Shown: positions 50,250-64,000 of the stretch, one piece after another
Numbering within the stretch: position 1 is the first letter of the stretch
Layout of the letters: every line of letters begins with the position of its first letter
DNA from: Eledone cirrhosa
Taxonomy: Eukaryota
NCBI GenBank assembly: GCA_964016885.1
Contig: OZ024746.1
Coordinates: forward strand, 54,622,001 to 54,686,000
Direction: 5' to 3'
Length of the DNA: 64,000 nt
Notes under the pieces: model-generated
Seen by the model: only the letters and a program-made list of their open reading frames with translations
Databases searched by the model: none
What the model was told of the DNA's origin: nothing
Made by a program: the position numbers and the translations under genes

Positions 50250-51600
50250 TTCAAGAAAGAGGTTTTCTCACAAACCATCCTCACTTTACGCCGGCACTAC
50301 CTCTCTATACCACACCAACATGGATTTTCAGCCGACCGTACTTTCCAAATTACAAAGGTCTGTAAAATTTTGAATAGAGTCCAGTTCCAAAGTGCTCCCT
50401 CTCCGTCTTTGCTTAACCTAGGACTGCAGCTCTGTTAAATATAGGAGCTGGAGAAACCGTGTCTGGCGAACACTTGTTCACCATCACAGCAAAGCTGGAG
50501 ATGTCGAAGCCTCAGCGCATGGTTGTAGAACACCGGCCACGATATACCCCCTCTTACACACCGGATGTTGAAGTGGGAATGGCATGCCTGTATCTGATCC
50601 AGCAGATACCCGACGACAAGTGGCAGCATCATCACTAACAGCTTAGCTGAAATTGTGAACTATGCATTTAGCAGAGTTATGATCTGAAACGTTCTATATA
50701 GTTAGCCCTTTGTTGGGTCCTTTATCAGCAGGCCACCACTCCTCGGCTCACACAACTGAGAATTCTCCTGTTCTTCTGTAAGTTGTTGTCGAGGTCTGCC
50801 AAAACATCAACGATTAAGTCTGGTATGTAAGAAAAAACCTCGTAGAACAGATTTACGCACTCAAATTCATCCCGTGATCCGCCTACCATTTCTCCTGACC
50901 ATATGAGTGACATGCTGCAGAAATGACACAAACATTTATTTGAGATCGAGTATCAGGCATACGACATTGTTGGCCAAAGACCGAAATGTATCTTTGTTGC
51001 AACGCCACGTCTCCTCCACCCGGTTCTATTGAATGCCTTCTTCCATTCCTAAGAACACGCAGCTTAGCTCTAACAGCGCAGCATCAGTGTTTCGCGCTGA
51101 AGAATTTGTTGAGTGCCAGTTTTATTGCGAGCATGTTGGTTGCAGTGTAGTTTTTGAATGCCTCATCTAGCTCTCTAACTAGTTCTCTTTCTACACCGTG
51201 TTTCTATCACTAATCCTTTCTTAAAGCGTATATACCCTATTTTAATGGCATATTTAAGGGCGATCTACCATTTGCTGTTGACGATGTTGTCCATTAATAA
51301 ACTCTTAACTAATTCACTAATCCTGCGTCTGTAAGTGACGCTTTGAGTTTCCAATAGCCGGTTCTCTCTTGTGAAGTCGATCTAGGTCTAAAGTGCAAAT
51401 CAAGGATTCATGATATGTGTAGTTTACTAACTTGAATTGTCGACTGCATATGCTATGCCTATGTAATTGATCTGCGATATGAATTGAATGATGCGATGCC
51501 TTTTTATCAAATCATCACTGGCACATTCGGGAAATCTGGGCGATATCTGTCAGAATGTTGCAATTGTCTAAGCAGGTTTGTTTCCTACCCTGTATGCCTA
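50250..51600 (-). mobile_element. Probable ancient, degraded RTE-type LINE RT region
   Basis: Minus strand near 51000-51070 reads ELSCVFLGME/KAFNR..EETW, resembling RTE 'FVDLEKAYDRV'; boundaries uncertain. Confidence 0.45.
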
Positions 51601-52578
51601 CGCCACCCAATCGAAGCACGCATGCAAGATACCGTTTCAGTCGCCCATTGACAATAAAGAGTAGGTAATTCCTAGAAGTCTTTCCTGATATCTTAATAAA
51701 GCTGCAGACAGTGAGCTTGTAGGTGGAGTGTCCAGTTGAGAGGATTTAGAATGAGGAATGCAGCTGCGGACGAGGAGGTTTCTGACAATGCGTGTGTAAT
51801 TGAAAGAAAGGTTGGTGGGAGTGGGAACATGGTGGATGTGAAGAGGTGCGACAGAATTTGGCAAAAGAGCCGGAGGACCAACCCCTGTAGTGATAATGTG
51901 GAGAGGTGGTAAGTAAATCGTTTGGTGAGGTGGGGAGTAAGGTCATTTGGTGATGGCGGTAGTGCGGTCAACTTCATAGGAGCGGTTGAAAGCAGCGTGG
52001 ATCATGGAGGGACGTAAACTTGCTGAGTGAAGTGACCAGAGATGTAATGGGTCTGAGCTATATATGTCAAGTCAAGAGTACTCAAACTGTACGGTCATAC
52101 AAAAAGATCGGATCGTGGTGCGAGTAGGTTATGCTTGGAAGGAAGGTTGGCTTATAGGAAATGCAGAGGCCGGCAGCCAAAACGATGGCTTGACAATGTC
52201 AACCTATGGACTGGAGTTGATCTTTGCTCTTTAACCTCTGCTGTTGGTGATCGAACTTTGTAGAGAAACATATCTCATGTTGATAGGCAGTCTGTAACTG
52301 GCGGAGTTTAGCCTCAAAGTAAGTATGTATGCATGTACGTTGGTGCAGTCTCAGTTACACACACTACTAATACAGATATAATGTTATCACATTTCAACTG
52401 GTAGCACACTTCATAATATACATACATATCAGTATGTAGTTGACGGCTGAGTGAACAGAGTACTCGATAAAGAAGATTTTTAAATATTCATTTTATAAAG
52501 ACTAAATAAGACTCACTTTTTAACCTTAGTAAAATCTCTCTCAATCTCTCTCTCTCTCTCCCTCTCTTTCTCTCTCTC

Positions 52579-52633
<55 letters not shown>

Positions 52634-53418
52634 CTAGCAGAATGGCCCGGCGTCGCTCGGGATTTGCTATAGGGTTCTTATATATTTGATATATATTTAT
52701 CCTTATCGAACCTCGTGAAATAAATACGTTTGTTTATATTTTGTTATTGTGTATGCAAAAATATCTGTCCATAAATATATAATTATATATATATATATAT
52801 TAAAATAACAGACTAAAGTTTAACCAAAGAATCACTGCTTTCACCCTTAACGGGATATTCTACCTAAAACAGTATGAAGTACATACACTAAGACTAATTG
52901 ATGTAATCTTTGGCCTTGTTTGTTTATATTTTGTTTTTGTGTATGCAAAAATATCTGTACACGAATATCTATATTAAAATAACATATTAATGTTTAAGCA
53001 AAGAATCGCTGCTTTCAACTTTAACGGGATCTTCTTAAACTAAAAAAATCAATCTGGAAAACAGGAAGAGGATACTTTGGTTCGTGAAGACGTTCCCTGA
53101 CATAAGAATATATATACACACACACACTGATCGCGTCATAATGACGTAATGCAGACAGTCAGGCATACAGACAGATATTATGAAGGCGCGACGTCATATC
53201 TATGTATCTATCTAAAAAGAGAAAGACTAAGAGAAAGAGAAAGAGATCGCTAAATCGCCTAATGCGGTGCCTAGGGCATTGAAAATTTGAAATTTTTTTT
53301 GCTCAAAATACTTCCGGGGTCATACGAGTTACATGTATAAAGTTTGAAAAACCGGTTGGGTACTTCTCGAGTTTTAGGGAAACAGACACACAGACATCCT
53401 CTGTTTTATATATATAGA
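52634..53418 (-). mobile_element. Non-autonomous Helitron containing PLE element-B pLTR fragments
   Basis: Minus strand A|TCTATATATATAAAA...CCCGAGCGACGCCGGG(hairpin)CCATTCTG-CTAG|T: 5' TC, 3' hairpin plus CTAG, A|T target. Confidence 0.85.
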
Positions 53419-53487
53419 TATACACACATATTGGTGCCGTCTCAGTTATACACACTGTATTTATACAGATATATAATTATTATTCAG

Positions 53488-53675
53488 TTTGGATTGGCAG
53501 TATCGGTAGAGGGTTTGACGCCATGCTTTGCAGCAAAGAGTTTCGGCCCTTTATGGTCTGAGTTCAAATCCCACCGAGGTTAACTTTACCTTTCATCCTT
53601 ACGAGATCGATAAAATAAAGTACCAGTAATGTACTGGGTAATTCCTAGCCTTGTGTCAAAAGTAGAAACAATTAT
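53488..53675 (+). mobile_element. tRNA-derived SINE (same family as 36666)
   Basis: GGATTGGCAGTATCGGTAGAG...GAGTTCAAATCCC...CCTTTCATCCTTACG. Confidence 0.88.
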
Positions 53676-53702
53676 TATACGCTTCAGTTGCTAGCGTACT
53701 TC

Positions 53703-53735
<33 letters not shown>

Positions 53736-53814
53736 TACTTGCGCATTTATATATGTATGTATATCTGTGTGTATATGTATATAGCGCAACTACTTATATA
53801 TATATATATATATA

Positions 53815-55367
53815 CTAGCAGAATGGCCCGACGTTGCTCGGGCTTCTAAGTATAGATTGGCTGTTTAACCCTCCTTTCTGAAACAGTACAGAGAAGTACG
53901 GAATACCTCGTCCTGTAGATGTGCTTAGGCAAATAATTTTCCATTAAGATTTTTCAAAAGCATGTAATTGTGTCATCTCTCTCTTTTGTTGTTGTTTTTG
54001 CTGCTGTTGGTGTGATAGCAGCCGTTGGTCGTACTACTAACACAGACTCTTCCTTCTTCAGCCAATCGTGTATATACCCTTCTGCCTCGTCTACCTAAAC
54101 AATGATTGTAGCACCTCTTTGTACACAATGTTCCTTGTTCTTCCGTGTCGGGCATATGCAAAGAGATTTGTCTTGCATCCCACTCTTCAGCAGCCAACGT
54201 ATAGTTGCCCGTGACGAATTTATTCCTAGTTGATAATTGGTAAAGAAAATAAAAGATTTTCCGCTTAACGTCAGCGTACGTGATTTTATCATAGGTGTGG
54301 GGATATTTTGGCGGGGGCTTTCTAAAAGATCCACTATTTCTATTTACTGTGTTTAGTGGAACTGTCTCAAGATATGTTATCAAAAAATTAGTAACTAACG
54401 CTTACCGATTGAAAAATAAGCCGATTGTCGGAATGGTAATCTCAACTGTAATTGGTAACCTGGGCTGGCTTTCCTCGCTTATGTACCAAGATAGATAGAA
54501 ATTACCGCTTAAAGCCAGCGTATGTGATTTTTAACATAGGTGTGGGAATATGTTTGGGCGGGGGCTTTCTAAAAAGATCCACTATTTCTATCGATGTACG
54601 TAATGGGGCATATGGCTTGGTACTAACACCAATAATAATGTGTGCAACGGGGTTAAGTGATTATGTCTCAGGAAGTATTGCAAACACATATTAAAGCAAC
54701 TGGGGTAAGTGGGAATGTCTCAGGATTGTTAGCCAAAAAATTAGTAAATGACACTTACTGATTGAAAAATAAGCCGACAATCGGAAAGGTATTCTCAAGT
54801 GTAATTGTTAACCTGGGCTGACTTGCCTCGCTTATATTATATACTAGCATTAAAGCCCGGCGTTGCTCGGGGTCAGTAAGTTACCAAAGTTAGGTTGCAC
54901 CACCCATTTTATGGCAGCACGTTTTTGTCTGCCAGGCACTGGGTGAATGAATTGTAGACCTGGACTGCCGAAGCAGGAGCTGTACCAGCAGTGACAATTG
55001 TAGTTTCGCCTATGGATATTATCTCTGTGCAAAGAAGTGTTAAAATTTATTGTTTCACAGTACTTGCGCAACGCGCGTGTAGACGATGCCAGCCGAACAA
55101 CAGAGCTGCGATGGAGTTGTTCTGCATGGTTGTCTAATGTGTGTTTTCTAAATTTAAGACAGTAGGGAAGGGTGTGATATGGGGGAGAGTTAGCTGCTAT
55201 TTCTAGCAGGTTTAGTGACCTCTCTTTCTTCCACGTTCGTTGAAAGATGTTTTAAAAAAGATTTACCGCTATTTTTTTTTGTTGTTGAATAAATTTATCT
55301 GTTGCTTTTGAATAATTGTTGTCATTGAAGTAAATAAATATTTGACCATTCCACACTCAAAAACAAA

Positions 55368-55442
<75 letters not shown>

Positions 55443-56248
55443 TCATTTCTTTCTCTCTTCTTTCTTCGGCGTTCCTAAAGGAAGTTTGTAAGTTTAAGCG
55501 TATATAAGAGAAAGTTGCAGCATGTATGTAGTTTTATCGAATTTTAAGGGGAGTAGAGAGAGGTTATCAGATTGTATTAGAGGGGTAAAGCGTCATGTAT
55601 TTAGTTTTATTGATTATTCCCGTAATTGTGGGTGAGTTTAAAATAAATAAATAGTCGTTGACCTAAGTTAGACCATTTACAACATTCTTACAGACTTTGA
55701 GTTGAATCGGTTTGAAATTGTGCAAATGTATAAAATTGAAACATACATACAGACACAAAAATCTGCCTTTTATAGATAATGATTAATATAACAGATTAAC
55801 GTTTAAGCAACGAATCGCTGCTTTCACCCTTAACGGAATCTTCTGAAACTAAAAAAAATCAATCTGTGAACGCAGAAGTAAATATTTCGAAAAACGTTGC
55901 AACCGAAAGGAAAAGAGGAAGACGATACTTTGGTTCGTGAAGACGTTCCCTGGCAATGAACGGAAAATAGCGGAGATAATACGTCATCAATGTTTATCAT
56001 AATGTCGTAATGCAGATAGCCAGACATACATACTGATGTTATAAGGGCGCGACGGAGATGGATAACCGGCGCCGAACAACCCTTTAACAACAGAAAATTG
56101 AAAACATAAAAGCTTCAGTTTATATCTTTAGACCGCACGGAATATATAAATGCATGTTTGAAGTCAATCGGAGTAGAAATGTGGATTTGTATAGACTTAG
56201 CAAAACTTAGGACACACACACACAGACACACACATTTTCAATTTTATA

Positions 56249-56252
<4 letters not shown>
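53815..56252 (-). mobile_element. Non-autonomous Helitron with an internal duplication, a nested Helitron and a PLE pLTR fragment
   Basis: CTAGCAGAATGGCCCGACGTTGCTCGGG terminus as at 52634; 54260-54485 duplicated at 54500-54835; far end ACAGACAC...TTTTATATATAT, with the TC not clearly preserved. Confidence 0.72.
54844..55782 (-). mobile_element. Nested non-autonomous Helitron
   Basis: Plus strand A|CTAGCATTAAAGCCCGGCGTTGCTCGGG...ACAGACAC...CTTTTATAGATAATGA|T. Confidence 0.75.
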
Positions 56253-56282
<30 letters not shown>

Positions 56283-56353
56283 AGTAGTTAGATAGAGAGA
56301 GAAACTACTTATATATATATATATATATATACATATAACTTGCTCTCTCTCTA

Positions 56354-56503
<150 letters not shown>

Positions 56504-56938
56504 TAAGTACATATGCATTTAGGTATGTATGTATATATGACTGAATATATATATGTATATGTATATTAGAAGGTCTAATCCTCTTATATTAATTCCACTA
56601 ATGGATATAATAAAAGCCATCAACTAATGCCAATTTTCTAGATAATGTTATTACCGATTTAGACAGCGCGTTTGTGTAACATTCATGCCATGCCACATCT
56701 TTCTGGTCATACTTAATTTTCTAATCAAATACTAGGCGCTGAATTACGAGTCTAATTCGAATTAGGGATGTCTAATGAGTTATGTTTCTATGGTTAATGA
56801 GTTCTCTTCGTAGCCACGTCGTCTTGAGGCCGGTCCCACTCTAGTGTCTGGTTAACTGAGGCTTTGTGAAGGAAATGTGATAAAAGAAAATGAAGTGGAA
56901 GCCAGTTGTATTATATGTAGTGTGTTTATATGTGTATG

Positions 56939-57006
<68 letters not shown>

Positions 57007-57067
57007 CGTGTGTGTCTATATATATGTATATATAGATATATGTATGTATATATATATATATATATAT

Positions 57068-57150
57068 GGCATCGATAATGAGTGACAGAGACCGCTGGAG
57101 AGAACTCGTCCATGGATCTCGGGAATTTTACCCACCCTAGAAAAAAAAAT
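57068..57150 (+). mobile_element. Tiny RTE-type LINE 3' end
   Basis: Translates as [13 protein letters not shown], followed by an A-run. Confidence 0.5.
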
Positions 57151-57316
57151 ATATATATATATGTATATATATATTTGTATATGTATATATATGTATATGT
57201 ATATATATATATTTGTATATATATATATATATGTATATGTATATATATATTTGTATATGTATATATATATATATATATATATGTGAGAAAAACCACAGAC
57301 CCTCCATCTCAACTCA

Positions 57317-57354
57317 CCTTTTGAAAAGCAGAAGAACTGCGAAACCGGTAAAGG
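57317..57354 (+). ncRNA. Minimal type I hammerhead ribozyme, U3-A8 variant, in a ~210-bp TA-flanked remnant (57283-57492)
   Basis: CCTT-TTGAAAA-GCAG aagaa CTGC-GAA-ACCGGT-A-AAGG. Confidence 0.85.
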
Positions 57355-57485
57355 AACCAAATAAATATATATATTTAAAAAAAAAATAAGACTCCAGTTG
57401 CATTTTCGATTTCATCTCTTTTTCTTTATACTTTCACTCGTGTAGGACACCTCGGTTATTTTTCATTTTGTAAAAAAAACCTCAC

Positions 57486-57572
<87 letters not shown>

Positions 57573-57587
57573 ATTATATATATATAT

Positions 57588-58155
57588 TTCGTTTCTGAAT
57601 TTGTTTAGCAAGATTCTTTATCTGAAATCGTGTGTTGAAACCGATATTGTTATACTTTGGGAGGGTCATGTTGCCAATAAGAAACACACGCACCAGTTGC
57701 TTTCACTTCAATTTAATTTATTAAATATTTATAAATTTACAAATTTATAAATTTCTGGTTGGTTGGTTGGTTCCACAACCAGATAGTTGTTTATATATAT
57801 ATATAGTCATAGTTCTTTCGTCACACACTCTTTGACCTCTTCAGTGACTGGGGATTTCTTTCTTCGTTTCTGTGCCTTTCCTTTCTTCTATCCTACGCCA
57901 TTTTGTTTGGCGTAGGATAGAAGAAAGGAAAGGCACAGAAACGAAGAAAGAAATCCCCAGTCACTGAAGAGGTCACAGAGTGTGTGACGAAAGAACTATG
58001 ACTATATATATATAAACAACTATCTGGTTGTGGAACAAACCAACCAGAAATTTATAAATTTGTAAATTTATAAATATTTAATAAATTAAATTGAAGTGAA
58101 AGCAACTGGTGCGTGTGTTTCTTATTGGCAACATGACCCTCCCAAAGTATAACAA
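57588..58155. mobile_element. Fold-back pLTR pair of the 18650-19330 PLE family with two HHRs (57805-57849 minus, 57959-58003 plus)
   Basis: Centre CCTACGCCA-ttttgtt-TGGCGTAGG at ~57904; AGTCA-CTGAAGA-GGTCACA...TGTGAC-GAAA-GAAC-TA-TGACT. Confidence 0.92.
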
Positions 58156-58173
58156 TATATATATATATATTTA

Positions 58174-58339
<166 letters not shown>

Positions 58340-58867
58340 TCTATTGTGTGTGTAGCTGTGTTTGTGCGTGCCTGTCCATGTCTGTGATTTGATTCTGTCA
58401 TAATATTATATATCAGTGACAATAATATAAAACATACAGACAATAAAGCCTAATTATACATAAATCAGAAACATGTATATGCAAGATACATTTTTTTTCT
58501 ATTATATTATGTATTTTCATACACAAAGGTTAGATTTTCTTTTACTGAAAGTTCAATGGATGCCCTGGGTATGCCTGGCGACAATTTATGGGAGGTATAT
58601 TGAAGGTAAAGCATTAAAATAAATCCAGAAACAAATCAGTCGCCATAACACAGTATCATTGGTGTAACAATTTAGCACAAATCTATTGTACAGCTTCCCC
58701 CCAATCTGTTGCTCTGTTGCTCACTGATGGTGTAGTAGAGACTAACATAAAACTATAAAATAAATAATAATTTCGTTTATTAGCCATAAAGTTATAAAGC
58801 AACTGCATCAAATAATATCAATGAATTCTAATGTAAGCAGAATATCAGCAATGTGATAAAAGAAAAA

Positions 58868-59080
58868 GTCAATTAAATCGACCCCAGCACTTGATTGGTA
58901 CTTTATTTTATCGAACCTGCAAGGGAAAGTTGATCTTAGTAAGATTTGATTTCAGGACAAAATGTGCCGCACCTACATACCACAAGTTATTGTTCTGCGC
59001 TCAAACTATTGAACACAAATCGTAAGGAGTCGGAACGAATACCTTTAAGCATTTTGTCCAACGCTCTAACGACTATGACA
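58868..59080 (-). mobile_element. Diverged tRNA-derived SINE
   Basis: Reverse complement contains TCGATAAAATAAAGTACCAATCAAGTGCTGGGGTCGAT and a degenerate head GTCGTTAGAGCGTTGGAC. Confidence 0.65.
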
Positions 59081-59939
59081 ATGACAATGAAGATAATGCT
59101 GAATGGTGGTAATTTTTCTATTTGAAATTTGCTCGCAAATAGCTGGAAAATATAGCGTGTCATATGTTATCCGAAGCTCAAAAGTAAGCTGAATTCGATT
59201 CCAATGGGTGTTAGACATCCGGCGATTCCGACGATGAATTTTCAATTTGGTCTAAGAATATCCAGCTCGTGAAATTACCGCGTCATTGGCTGAACATTCC
59301 AGAGACATGTGAGACATTAACTTAAATCTAAGGGAGATTCAGCAGGACAGAGTATGCAACAAGGTTCATACTTTTGAATTGAGCGAGCATCTGATGCTAT
59401 GCTACATATCTGAGAAGACTGAAGCAACGTAAAATAGGTTTACTCATTGACAAAACGATCTTGAAGCAAACCCTCTAACCATCAAGTCACGCACATTTAC
59501 GTTTCAAGTGGAGTAAAATAATTATATAGGTGAATATGAGTACGTAAATGACCACATCATAATGATGATCAGCTGACACATCATAATCTTTTATCCCTAT
59601 ATATCTAATTCATAATCCTATAATGGTAATTTGTAAAAAATATTTAATAAATCTTTTATACTGGGATTAAGGGATTGGATATAGAGCAACGAACACGTGT
59701 ATGCACACATTTACCCACATATATACTCAACGACTCTCACAATAAGATATATATATCTATGTGTATGTATGTATATATAAATGTATGTATATATGTATGT
59801 ATGTGTGCTTATATATAGGTCACCCACCCACGCATATAAGCATCCATCTATTCATATATGAATACACTAATAACTTCACATGCAGGCATATGCTCGCTCT
59901 CTCTGTCACACATACATATACACACACAGCACACGCATA

Positions 59940-62860
<2,921 letters not shown>

Positions 62861-62891
62861 GTATATATATATTCATATATATATATATACT

Positions 62892-62960
<69 letters not shown>

Positions 62961-62969
62961 GTATATATG

Positions 62970-63071
<102 letters not shown>

Positions 63072-63126
63072 CATACATATGTATATATATATATACACAT
63101 ATGTATATATATATATATATATATAC

Positions 63127-63275
<149 letters not shown>

Positions 63276-63423
63276 CATATACATATGTCTATATATATAT
63301 ATGTAGAGAGATAATTTAATATATCTACTAACATAAGCGCACAGATGTACGCTAATGCCAGCAAATACACAGGTTATGTCATAGTACCTAGGTGGTTCAA
63401 TGCAGGAGGATGCAGAACAATAA

Positions 63424-63813
63424 TATAACAGACGTAAAATAAGAAAATTAAAAAAAAATTTTTTTTTTTAAATTTTAACTTACTTAAATTAGCCTCTGTG
63501 TCACGTGATTGATTCTTTAGAATCGGCCATCTGACCAGAGGCAGCGAGGATTTTAGTGCATGGAAAAATCAGACCCCGCTAGCTGTTCCATCTACTGAAT
63601 TATTATTATTTTTATATGAGTCCCCGGTGTCCGCGCATTGCATGGAGACTTAGCTGAGAATAGACTCCCTGATGACGCAATGAATTCTCGACAGTTAGAT
63701 TACGTAACTGTCTTTATCCCATTCACAAACTAATTAGTTGGAGTGAAAATTTAAGTAAGTAAGTTAAAATTTTTTGTAAAAGTTTTTTTTTTAATTTTCT
63801 TATTTTACGTCTG

Positions 63814-63818
<5 letters not shown>
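63424..63818. mobile_element. MITE with ~65-bp terminal inverted repeats
   Basis: TATAACAGACGTAAAATAAGAAAATTAAAAAAAAA...AATTTTAACTTACTTA is inverted at the right end; a similar end sequence lies at ~1241-1280. Confidence 0.8.
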
Positions 63819-63879
<61 letters not shown>

Positions 63880-63882
63880 GTC

Positions 63883-63913
<31 letters not shown>

Positions 63914-63931
63914 GTGTATATATATATATAC

Positions 63932-64000
<69 letters not shown>

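Noticed and set aside
51637-52300. Possible host exon or LINE endonuclease region
   Set aside because: Short overlapping ORFs without convincing motifs or splice signals; cannot be supported by eye.

Overview
This is AT-rich eukaryotic (metazoan) DNA with no recognisable host gene. The (TA)n load and SINE type suggest a cephalopod such as Octopus, which is an inference only. A large share of the window is (TA)n microsatellite, which explains almost all the 'YIYIYI' ORFs in the track. Between the TA tracts lies a dense set of Penelope-like retroelements (PLEs; reverse transcriptase plus C-terminal GIY-YIG endonuclease). Three are near-full-length Naiad-like copies (13.7-17.3, 21.3-25.7 and 30.1-33.8 kb), one is a second-clade PLE with long inverted ends (45.9-48.9 kb), and many are truncated, solo or fold-back pseudo-LTR (pLTR) fragments. 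By eye I can fold about a dozen distinct type-I hammerhead ribozyme (HHR) or HHR-like motifs in these pLTRs, including recurrent non-canonical cores (U3-A8 swap, CAGAAGA, GUUGAU with a covarying stem II). There are also three non-coding partial-tandem elements (about 490, 555 and 605 bp units) that look like retrozyme-type non-autonomous elements. Non-autonomous Helitrons, one nested in another, carry a PLE ribozyme-bearing end. RTE and CR1-like LINE fragments, tRNA-derived SINEs, MITEs and a 200-N gap complete the window. All alignments and folds were done by eye and boundaries are approximate.
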